From Bispira polyomma (lineage: Eukaryota), in NCBI GenBank assembly GCA_965649765.1, contig OZ287752.1, forward strand, positions 66,898,001-66,962,000: a DNA stretch of 64,000 nucleotides, given 5' to 3'. A program made the translations under genes and the position numbers. The notes beneath the pieces are model-generated. The model was not told where the DNA came from. It saw nothing but the letters and a program-made list of their open reading frames with translations, and did not search any database. Each line of letters begins with the position of its first letter. The stretch's first letter is position 1. Of this stretch, positions 38,953 to 50,503 are shown piece by piece.

Positions 38953-40940
38953 AAACAAGATAAGGGTGGTCCATGGACCACATCGCCAGATGACTCTGTG
39001 AGCTGGAGTGAAATTTAGGGACTCGAAAACGTATACGTTTTGTAGTAAAAATCTGACATTACCGCCTATAATCCTAATTCACTTCGCTAAAACAATAACT
39101 TTGGTCTGATTCTTGCTTCCAACATAAGATTTCCTTCTAATTTACAATATTCCCCCAGATATTTGCATTTATTTTTCGATAAAATTTGTTTACATCAGCT
39201 GCCATTTTGTTAGACTGGTTTCTGAAATTGGTGCATACTAAATTCGTGGGTACCTGGTTTCGAAACAGTTAGACGCTAGCGATTATTTGGGCCACTTTTT
39301 TAAGGCCCAGCTCACCCCTAATTTTTATCAAATATCAAACATAAAACTAACCTTTTTAACTTTAGGGTTAGAGTTAGGGGCTAGTTTAGGATTAGAGGGT
39401 TAGGCTTAGGAGGGTTAGGGGGTTTAGGGTTAGGCTTAGGGGGGTTAGGTTATGAGGAGTTAGGGTTAAATAATATATAGAGGAACTATATTTGATCAAA
39501 TATCAAAAATTTATAGGTAATTTTTTTTTTTTTTTTGTATTTTTATTTTTTAACAAAATTCAACAATTTTTTTTTTTCACATGCCGACCTGTCAACCTGT
39601 TACCTTCTAAATATAAACCTGTGTCTCGTAATTTTTTTTATTGGTTTATTTGACCTTAAAAATTACCGTTCTTGGCAAAAACTGGAGCTGTATTTTAATC
39701 TAAAGATGTTAAAATATTTATTTGGCATGTAAATGTCAATTAATTTTGATTTGTATGAAAAACCACAGGTTTACCACAAAAACACATGACCAGGACAATT
39801 TTGTCTAAATAAAAGGTTGGAGACAAAAAAAACGCAATTAATTTTGACTTGTATGAATAACCACAAAACACAAAAATATATGAGCAGGGCGATTTTGTCC
39901 AAGATATAGGTTGGAGACAAAAAAAAACAATTAATAATTTTGACTTGCATGAATCACTACAAAACACAAAAACATATGAGTAGGCCGATTTTGTCTAAGA
40001 TATAGGTTTGAGACAAAAAAAAACTAATAATTTTGACTTGTATGAATAATTACAAAACACAGAAACATATGTCCAAGATATAGGAGTAAAAAAAAAACAA
40101 CAATTAATTTTGACTTGTATTAAAAACTATAAAAGACAAAAACATAGGTGCAAGGCGATTTTTTTCAAAATACAGGTTGGAGACAAAAAAACAATTAATA
40201 ATTATAACTTGCATGAATCACTACAAAACACAAAAACATATGAGTAGGGCGATTTAGTTTAAAATATATGTTGGAGAAAGAAAGCAATTAATTTTGATTT
40301 GTATGGATAGCTACCTGTTTACCATAAAAACATAAGACCAGGGCAATTTTGTCTAAGTTGAAGACAATAAATGTAGATACAGCCATTTATTTATATTAAA
40401 AAAAACTTCTAGACTTCACAAAACCCAAAAATAAAATAAATTTAGACCACGTTTTTTCAACTGTCTCAGGCAATATTCATTGTAGCTTAAAACTTTTGAA
40501 CAGCACAAAAGATTACCTTTCTGATGAAACCAAAACGAAAGTTCTTTATTAAGTAGAAATATAGATACAGCGATTTAATCACATTCAAATTTTCGGGAAA
40601 TAAAAGACGTTTTGCGCGAATGTCGAATGTTTGACTTTTAGTATTAACCCTCACATCCGGTCCCCTGATTGGTAAACATAACAAACTGGTAAATTTGTCA
40701 CATTTTCGTTAATAACTTCTATACTAGTAAGCAGAATGTCATAAAAAAAATTTGAGTTATATACAGAGTATGTCAAGTATTCTGTGTGAATTTAAATGCT
40801 CAATTCTTAGCGGCTTCTGAGATTATCTTGTCGACACATTTTCAGGCCTTTTCCCAATATAGTATATATGCAGGGGGCCATTTCGACTTCCTCTCCATTT
40901 CAAATCGGCTAGGGGGGCCGTTTTGACGCCCTCATATAAT
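38953..40940 (-). mobile_element. Helentron-like element with degenerate (TTAGGG)-like tract and ~95-bp tandem array
   Basis: AACAAG plus palindrome GTGGTCCATGGACCAC at the left end. GGTTAG-rich tract 39361-39468. About 7 units of AATTTTGACTTGTATGAA...AGGTTGGAGACAAAAA at 39740-40365. Confidence 0.6.
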
Positions 40941-41479
40941 TGTATTGGTGTCTACTTTTTACTAGTTTTCAGTCTTAATCCAATCTCAAGTTTTGCTAGC
41001 TTTCCTGGCCAATCTTAAGATTGGCTAGTAAGATGGGCTGGTGGTCCATCTTAAATAGGCTGGCAAACTTATAATCCTAAGTTGGGCTATAGCTCATCTT
41101 AAGGTTGGCCAAATTGTAAGTTGGGCGACAACATTTACAATGACAAAAATAAATCAGCCATTGAATACAATATGCTATGTATAAATAAATAGTAAAATTA
41201 TTTAGAATACATGTGTTTTTTCCATTTTTGCCTTTCTTCTCTGACCTTTCTGTACATACAATATTACGTGTAATACTGAATTGGCAATATTGTCCCATAT
41301 TTGGCATAACATATAAAATGCAAGCAGTGAAAAGTTCACACTGTCACTTGGCCACAAATAGGATCATAGTTTGATCGCTGGGTTTAGCCCAATCACACAA
41401 GGAAAAATAAACATATTAAATATTTCTATACATACAATGGCCATAATATTTGGTGGAATCATAAATAAATGCCATACCC

Positions 41480-41698
41480 ATTAGTTGAGCCACTAACATT
41501 TAAAAAATGTTGAAAACTGGTGAAGTTATAGAGGTTCAAAATCCAAAATATGCCTAAATTAGGATCATCATTTGATAAATGCTTCTACCTATTAGTTGAG
41601 CCACTTACATTAAAAAAATGTTGAAAACTGGTGGAGTTATAGAGGTTCAAATCGAAAATTTGCCTAAATTAGGATCATCATTTGATAAACGCTTCTAC
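41480..41698 (+). repeat. Tandem duplication, 2 x ~110 bp
   Basis: ATTAGTTGAGCCACT...GCCTAAATTAGGATCATCATTTGATAAA.GCTTCTAC occurs twice. Confidence 0.85.
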
Positions 41699-43947
41699 AC
41701 TAAACAAGGTCTTTATATCAACTTCAAAGCCATTTCTTTTAGTTTATATCCAGGTGTTTTTCCCCAAGAAGGCAAAGACTGAGAACATATTAACACACAC
41801 ATACACATAAGGTGATCTCTGCATACAAAGCAGAACAACATCTGAATTTTTTTTTTTTACTGAAGCTTTTCGCTGATATGGAAGCCCATTTAGGACTTTG
41901 TTTTGTTTATTTGTAAAGACAAAGTTATTTCGCCCAGGCAATTTGTAACTTGCCCAGGCAATTAGTAAATCGTCTGGGCAATTTAACAATTCATATATTG
42001 CTAAATTGCCCGGGGCAATTTGTAAATCGGCCGGGCAATTTATAAACCGCCTGGAAATCTTAAGTTAGAAATTATTCTATATATATTACAGGCAATCTGT
42101 GCAATCAGGGATTTTGTGAAATCCCTGATTCATTCATAAAAGGGCATAAATTTTTAGGGATTTCGCGAAATGACTGAAACTTGCAATCTAAATTACACAG
42201 ATTGTCTGAATGGTAATACATGATTTTCAGCAATTTGTGTAATATGTTTTAAAGGAAAGAAGTTCAGTCTTCCACGTTGAAAGAAGTAAATTAAACAACA
42301 AAATGTAAACCTTTACTTGTTTTGTCCCTCTCTATTTAATATAAGTAAATTAAGTAATTAAATGAAAATAATTTACAAATTGCCCGGGCGAAATAACATT
42401 GTGTTTACCAAAAAAAAAATTTCTACCATGTTCTAAATGGGCTTCCGTACACTGGGGCCTTAGGAAATGGGGGAAAAAACAATTAAAAGAGGTACATATA
42501 GTTATATATATCCCCCAAGAAAAAAAAAATTCCCCCCCTAACAAACAAATTCACATTTTCGTTAATAACTTTTCTTCTACTAGTCCGATTGACACAAAAA
42601 AACTTTTGAGTCATCTACATAGTGTGTCTAATATTTCCTGCAAATTTCAGCGCACAACTCTCATCCGAATCTGAGATTATCTTGTGGACAGCCCTCCATA
42701 GCCATGTACCATATATAACCACCCCCCACACCAATAGATAGAAATACCTCAGAAAACGTCACTTCCTCTGGAAGTGAACGTCATCTGACGAAAAAAAGTA
42801 ATTTGCATGTGTAACACACACTGTCATTTGAATGGAACTTGGTGAAGGTCATAATTTAAGAGTAAGTTTTCAACTAATTAGCTATCTTGATTTAAAGGGT
42901 TATGTCTTTATGTTTTACATTGTTATTTTGGTTAAATATTGACCCTATACAATTCGGTATCAATAACTATATTTACAAGAATACAAATTTGAATCGAGAT
43001 TTAAATTTGAATCGAGATTTAAACTAGGAAGTAAGTTTTAATATTCTAGTCTCACACCTCAATTCTTTAATACATGCAGAATACAAGGAGTTATTTATGA
43101 GATGTTGTTTTTATAACACATGTATATGGTATCTCATGTCAAACAGAAAAAAAGACCTATGCCACTGTGTATGAAATTGATAGGGTCTGTAGAGACATAT
43201 ACCTCTTAAGTGGGACAGAAACACCCATTTCAAATTAGTATTTAAGATATGAAGTAATACAGTAAGTAATGAATACTCACTTCACTTTATCCATATATGC
43301 ACCTTTAGTATGTTTGTGTCTCGTCCTTGTGCCATGGGCCTGCATCTGCATGGACAGCATTGTCAATGTACTTTGTCTACTTTATACAATTCTTTAGTAT
43401 TTACAGCTTATGTACAGATTGTTTTTAGGAACACAGTCACATTTTTATGATTAAAGTTTCTAGTGTTGAAACAGTCCAGAGAAGCCATTTATTTCAAATC
43501 AGCCTGGTTTCGAGATGGCCCCCTGCATAAAATGACATTTAGTGCTTTTGTAATTTTACATATGCAACATGTAATCCTAAAACTGTTTAAATTCCTTTGA
43601 GTAATAAACTTTGTTGACTTAACATTTTGTTTCTGTTGGAATAGAGATATCAACGGTGAAGTTCAAGCCTGTCCATGTACTATGGGTCATCCAATTTATA
43701 AATTTTGCAAATTGTACAATTTTATGTAAAAATATTTCAATTCATTGTTTAACTGAAGCTGTATATTTGTAGTAACGAGTTATTTCAGTAATGAGTAACA
43801 ATGATTTGGGACTAATTTGGAACTAATTTATTACATGTACACCATCGTATGTGAACATTGCGGACAAATAAAATTTAAACACCAGAGAGCAATACATACT
43901 ATTGTCAACAACAGAAATAGCTTAGCTCTGCTACAAACTTATAAAGA

Positions 43948-44312
43948 GGCTTGCTACTGCTGGGATTCGATACTGGGATATCACAGATCTTGAATAGTCC
44001 AGTACACAAACGGTTGAGCTAAAGGGGAAACCCCAGAAGCCTGAGTGATTAATGTGCTGATATCACAAATGTGACATGCCTCTCCCTCACAAAGACCTGA
44101 CCTCAGGTCTTATACGACTACCACATTAACTCTACTAACGCACTTGGCTTATCAGAGGGGGGATTTTGCCACTGAACTCCACCAAGTAAACCACAGAAGA
44201 GGTTCGCCTCTGCTGAGATTCAATCCTGGGTTGTTGTGGATCTTGAGATAATTAGTCCAGTACACTAACAGTTGAGCTAGCCGGAGTGTTTAATGTGCTG
44301 ATATACACAGAT
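43948..44312 (-). repeat. Two head-to-tail tRNA-derived (Pol III promoter-like) units
   Basis: Minus strand reads TAGCTCAAC[CT]GT...[CT]GAATC[CT]CAGCAG twice, about 255 bp apart. Confidence 0.5.
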
Positions 44313-44819
44313 ATTACACTATCAAATGCCAGCAAATTTTCGCCTATGTGTGACGTCATACCATTATGCATTTATTTGATGTAAATACACAATTTCCTTC
44401 TGCATACGTCACACCAATACTTTCATGAACTTGAGAGGTGTAACAGTTATTTTAATTGCTTCAGCAATTTTATTGAACACAGTTTAAATTTATTAATTCA
44501 ATAAATTTGACTGCCTTCATCTCATTTATACATGTTACACTAATTGTCCAATATTGTTCAGGGGCTCAAGTAGGGCTTAAAATAAGTTACATTTAACCTT
44601 CATATTATCATCATATAAGGCTGTACTTTAGATCCCAAACTCTCCAAATAGGGTCTTTTAAAGGACAGATACTTTTATAATTCTCTCTCTGTGTTGATCT
44701 CCAACCATTTTAAGCATCTTTTGTTAGAGTTTACAAACCACTGAATATCTTGACATTATTTATACACATGACTGATTAAACGTGAGGAAAATAGAGGGAC
44801 CATTTAAATCTGTTGATAA

Positions 44820-44845
44820 GGGGGGGGGGGGGGGGGGGGGGGGGG
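44820..44845 (+). repeat. G26 homopolymer
   Basis: Direct count. Confidence 0.9.
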
Positions 44846-47440
44846 AAACAATATATGTATATGAGCATTTTTTCAGACTAGTGGCTTCCAAATCTCTATT
44901 AAGATATCTGAAGTTTTCGAACTAGTAAAGCATATGATTGTGTGACTTATTACTGGGTATATATATACATTATGTACAATTTAACAGGTATATCAAGGAC
45001 ATTAACATGTGGCTGGTTGAAGATACAATGTACGTCAGGTGGTAAATATTGTGGTATACCCAAGACCTTCTGTAATCACAAGAAGAACACTGGATACTGT
45101 CAGAAAAAAGGTAATATACATTAGTAGGGTTGTTGTGATTGTTGGACTGATAGTAGCTTTTTTAAAGTTAGAGTTTATCTTTACAAATATATTTTGTATT
45201 TTTGCTGACAAATATCAGTCTTTGGATTATGGAATCCTCACTTTTCAAGGAATTTTGTCTATTTGTTATGAAATTCTCACTGTGGTATTTTTAGTTTTAC
45301 CTGATATTTTGCAAAATGGGGTAAACATGATTGAAGAAAAATTTGCAGTCCCTACTTATGACATTGAAAGGCACCATTTACCCTTTTTGCTCATTGAGGA
45401 GACAACACTCTAATAGTTAGTAGTACTGGCTAGTAGTTAGTAGTTCTAAACAGTTTACATATTTGGTGACATTTAATAGCACCTTAAGGTGTTTTGGTGA
45501 GTGCCTTAATGACAACCTTATTTAGGTTAACCCAATACCTCAAGGTGACCCTGTTATCTGAATACCTACAGTTAAGGTAAACTTATAATATATATATGTA
45601 AATTGTAAATGAAAACAAATAAGCTATAATAGATATATTCTGGTTGGAGGTAAACCCTGCGGGAAAAGCTTGCTATTATACAGAAGACAGGTATAGCTCA
45701 TATAAAAGAATTATTTGTTCCAAAAATATGGCTAAATGCAAATCAGAAATAGAAGCAGAACACAACTGTATCTTGTCTCAACACCATTATAATTCATTTT
45801 TAGTTAGCGATGACCCCAGAATGGAAAATGATCATTCAACAAGAATATGACGAAAGAGTCTATAATTTGAATATTATTGACCAGGATATAGCTACGTCAC
45901 AAGACCTTTGATGTAAGATATAGGTGATTGACCAGTTATAATCCATTTGGTAACTCACATGAAAAGTAACGGTACCCAGAGGTTGAAGTCAATCTGCACT
46001 ACAGGTGCCTATGACCCACCTATTGTAGCCAAGTATTATTATTTAATATAAGGTTGACCCAACTGCACGATAAGTGCCTGAGGTTTAGTATGAACAATTA
46101 TAGTACATAGTTTGGGCCTTTATTGACTATCATTAACATATTAACCATTAGTAATTTCAGTATAATGTTAATACAATACACAACTACCATTACATAAAGT
46201 TTATATAATACATTCCTAAATTGCACAAGTATAGTATGAAGCGAATAAAGGGGCTGACCCCCAGCCTAAATTATGTGTTGTATAGTAGCGTTTAAAATGA
46301 TATAGCTACTGTGTGAGCTGCATTTGTATTTTTAAATATGTACAGCTAGCGTTGCTCTTCCAACTACCATGAAGTATAATCTCTTGGAAGGCGACGTTAT
46401 TGTTGAATGAATATGTAGCCCCGCTACACATAAAGGCATGGAAAGTGTAGTTTGCTGGTGTCAATCCTATTGTGTGAATAATGGTGGCCTAGGTTTGTCT
46501 CACTTTAAAAGCCAATAAAGGGCATACACCATTTTTAGAAAGCAACACAACTATTCACACAAGCACACATTTGTTTAAAAGCAACCACTGGTCACAATAA
46601 GAAAGCCCTCAGACGTGGTACAATTATAAAATGACTCTCAACATACTGTTGCAATGTTTTTGATCTATAAAATGTAACCTTCATTCCAGAAGGAATAAAT
46701 TTAAAGTTTTGCCTTTTTAAACACCTGTTGTCTTTGGCCTTAGTGGACGAAGGTACAATACTGGCCAATCTCAAATATTAAAAAAGCAAACAAAAATAAC
46801 ACTTTATACACCAGTCCATTTGGGACCATACCACTACTCTGCACAATATCCTTTAGAATTTTTATAGTAATAATCTCCTTGAATCGAGGCATGTGTGCTA
46901 CATTTATAGAAATAGAACGCAGAAGCCTTTTAACTTTTTTGTGGTTAATAGCCCAAGTTGGCAAAGTGTGGAATTGGAATTAATGTCTAACTAATGACAT
47001 ATAATTTAAAATAGAAGGGTGTTTCAACTCAGTTTGGTGAAGAAATTCTATAAAAATCAGGATATAGGGTAGTTGAGTGAAATCATTAATTTCCAAATAA
47101 CAAGCTAGCATTAGGAAATCCCAAAACTGATTTTGATGAGCCTGTTGTGTCCTGTCTCTTAGGACAGATAGGATACGTTTAGAAGCGAAAGTTAAAAAGG
47201 AAGAAGCCAATGCTGAACCTGAAATGAAATGTCATAGTTTGATACAAAATACTGGCCCAATACAGGTTCACATACATGGTCAACTAATTCATGTGCTATT
47301 TTGTTATCCACGGGATCAGAAAACCACCTTGAGAGACAGTCCACTTAATAATTCTGTTTACCAGCTTTATGGGTGTATTGTAATTGTATATAATTACTGG
47401 CTGTCAGCATCCATATTGATCTAGCATATAACAGTAATAT

Positions 47441-50400
47441 TGTTACGCTTGGATTGTATAGTGGTTTGTAGATAGTAAGATAGTAAAAGAGCGTTCTAAA
47501 CTTTACTAGGCTTATTGCTATTTATTTAAATTACAATAGTAAAACAAAAATAACATGTGGCTCACATTAAGTGTGTTCAATCTTAACAATTTTAACTCTC
47601 TTTACACCATGGGTTCAAAACCAGATTATTGACAAATTAATCTCAGCAAGGATGCTCCTTTAATATTTTTACAATACCATAGTTCACAAAGTTCCTGACT
47701 ATCGTCCTGCCGATGAAATATCTGCCAAGCTGGTAGCTGTATTACAGTAACGTTGCTGTTGTCAGTTCAAAGTCCAACTGAAGTTGTTATGCAGTCATAA
47801 CTCACAGTACCAGTGAAGAATTGTGCAGTTTCCATATAACATGCTGAATCTTGCCTATATCACCATACACTGTTGTTCTGTGTAACCAACAAGATGAATG
47901 ATAGCACCAGCCTCACTGATTCAGTCATAAAGAGCGTACTGCCAACACCAGTGCTCGAAAAGTAAAGAATTAAGCATCCTTACTATACTATTCATACAAG
48001 TGTATCCTTGTTCATGAAACATACAGAATATTCACTATAATTATACATAATTACCCTTGATAGTTACATATTATTAGTTAGTAATTTTACTTGTCACCTA
48101 TATGCATAATTACATATAACTCTCAAGTGCTTTTAGTATTATATTATTGTATTGTATTGTGCATTTTTAAACGCGCCTTATTGATGCTAGGCATCTTCTA
48201 AGGCGCAACATCAGAAATAATCAGCCAATAGAAATATGAAAAACATAGCCAGGTCATAAGGACGGAAGTGTAAGTGCCAAGGAAGAGGACTACGGCGTAT
48301 AGGCGAGTCTGAACAGATAGGTTTTAAGCTTTTTCCTAAGCCCAAAAGTGTTTCAATCAGTCTAAGTTCAGCTGGAAGACTGTTCCATAATCTAGGTGTG
48401 GCCACCGAGAAGGCTCTAGTTCCAACCCTCTTGGTGGTTTTTTTAAGGAAACAGAGAGTCTTTTTCCTCTTTTAAGGCTGCTGAAGGAGAGTTTAGTAGC
48501 GAGGTAGTGAGGCTGTTTTTCAGTTTTAAAAATAGTTACGTGCATTTTTAAACAGGATTCGATAGTGAATTGGAAGCCAGTGAAGTTTCTTGAGGTATGG
48601 AGTGACATCAGTACGGATTCCCAGACGAAATATGACTCTACAAAGATTGTTTTGAATGGACTGCAACTTGTCAGTATGGGACTTATTGGCTCTATACAGA
48701 AGAGAATTACATTAGTCAAGGCAGCTAATTACAAGAGCGTTCGCCACTGTGATAGCAGTATTTAGTGACAAATAATTTCTGATTCTTTTAAGGTCCCGAA
48801 TGTGATAGTAACAGGAGCCGCCGATGCTGTTAATGTGAGGAAGAATGAAAAAGCAGGGTCGATGGTGACACCTAAGTTTTTGACCTGGTTTGAAGGATGA
48901 ATCTCATTACCCAGCAGTGTGATTGGGAAAAGTGATCTGAAGTATTCACTGTGTTTCTTATTTCCAATTAGGATGAATTCAGTTTTGTCAGGGTTTAGTT
49001 TCAGTTTGGAGTAGTTCATCCACGCCTGAACTGAGGAGAGACACTCAGCAAGTAAATCTAGGTTGTGTCCGGCATTCTGAGTGTTAAGAAAGGGATAGAT
49101 TTGAGTGTCATCAGCATACATGTGATGTTTAATATTGTGATTATTGATGACTGCACTGAGAGGATGAGTGTAGAGGGTAAACAGTAAAGGGCTGAGAACG
49201 CCAATCCGGGTACTCCAAATGGTAGGTTAAAAGAAGATGAAAAGTGGTCGCCCAATTTGATTTTTTGAGTTCTAAGGGCAAGGTATGATTTGATCCAATT
49301 AAGGACAGTGCCATTTAGACCAAACCACTGTTTTAGGGTGTCAAAGAGTAAGCCATGGTCGATGGTATAAAAAAAACAGAGAGATCGAGAAGGGTGAGGG
49401 CTACAGTTTCATCACGATCCAAGGCAAGGTTAATGGTGACATATGCAGTTTTGAAACAATACCATCCCTAAGCGAAAAATTTATGATGTTGGTAATGTTG
49501 GTAATAGGAGTTATGAGAATGTCTAGACATTCTGTGAGAACAGTGGTAGGGATAGGATCTAGTTCACAGGATATAATGGAGTTGGATTTTATGAGTTTGA
49601 GAACATCGTTCTCGGAAAGTGGCTTAAAATGTAACAGATTTGAGACTTTATAGCTAGGGGATGGTGGAGAGAACTGTAGTATTGTTGAAAAACCTTTTCG
49701 AATTTTAGTTATTTTTTCAATGAAAAATTTTCCTGCAAGAAATGTGAGGCAGTAATTTTCAGGCAAAACTTTTCCAGCTGTGCGGTGGAGTATCTTATTT
49801 ATAAAGCTACATAACCTTTTTGGTGAGTTGGAATTATCATTGATGATTGGATCATAGTGCTCTTACATATACATACTACCACAATGAAATATTAGTAAAG
49901 TAAATTATAATAAAGTAAATTAACTTTACTTACAAACACTCCTGTAGTATAACAGTTACATTTTTTCCCCCAGTACTACTACCAAACTGGCTGCTAAAAC
50001 TCCACTGATTTTAAAATAAACTGTTTGCCATTCTACACCTTAAACAGCATGCCTGTGTCAAAACCGCTTAACAGAATACCTAGACTATATTGAATCAAAG
50101 TTTCTGAACAGAGCATAGCTTAAGCTCAATGTACACTATGTCGAATCATTTCCGAGTGATGAACAACAATGTTTAAGATACACTACTAAATTCTAAATTA
50201 CATGTAATAGTAACACTCACACTTAAATACAACTAATGAATAACATGTTAAAAAGTCATCACTAATCCTCAACAACATATCACTAATAATGCATAGTGCA
50301 TCTGCGTATGTGTGATTGGAACTTAATCTTTTATAACAGACAGTTATTCATCAATATTGTACCCAATACACATCAGCTGATACACCTAAAGTCTGTACAC

Positions 50401-50503
50401 TAAATATGACATTTTGAACACACATAAACTAAATAAACTACATCGGAATGTCCACATACAGAATACCTAAATAGTAACAAAATATATAATTTAAATTGAA
50501 ACA
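47441..50503 (-). mobile_element. TG...CA element with 5-bp TSD, probably a solo LTR (BEL/Pao-like), containing an L2 insertion
   Basis: AATAT|TGTTAC ... GAAACA|AATAT. Removing the insert and one TSD restores the RNase H reading D-P-I-L-L-L-Y-A-R. Confidence 0.75.
48140..49860 (-). mobile_element. Degraded, 5'-truncated L2/CR1-group LINE
   Basis: [44 protein letters not shown]; (CAATA)n tail. Confidence 0.9.

Noticed and set aside
39361-39468. Interstitial telomere
   Set aside because: Degenerate GGTTAG tract inside a Helentron-like element, not a clean TTAGGG array.
40521-40545. CTGATGA...GAAA hammerhead-like motif
   Set aside because: No stem II pairing between the cores and no convincing stems I or III.
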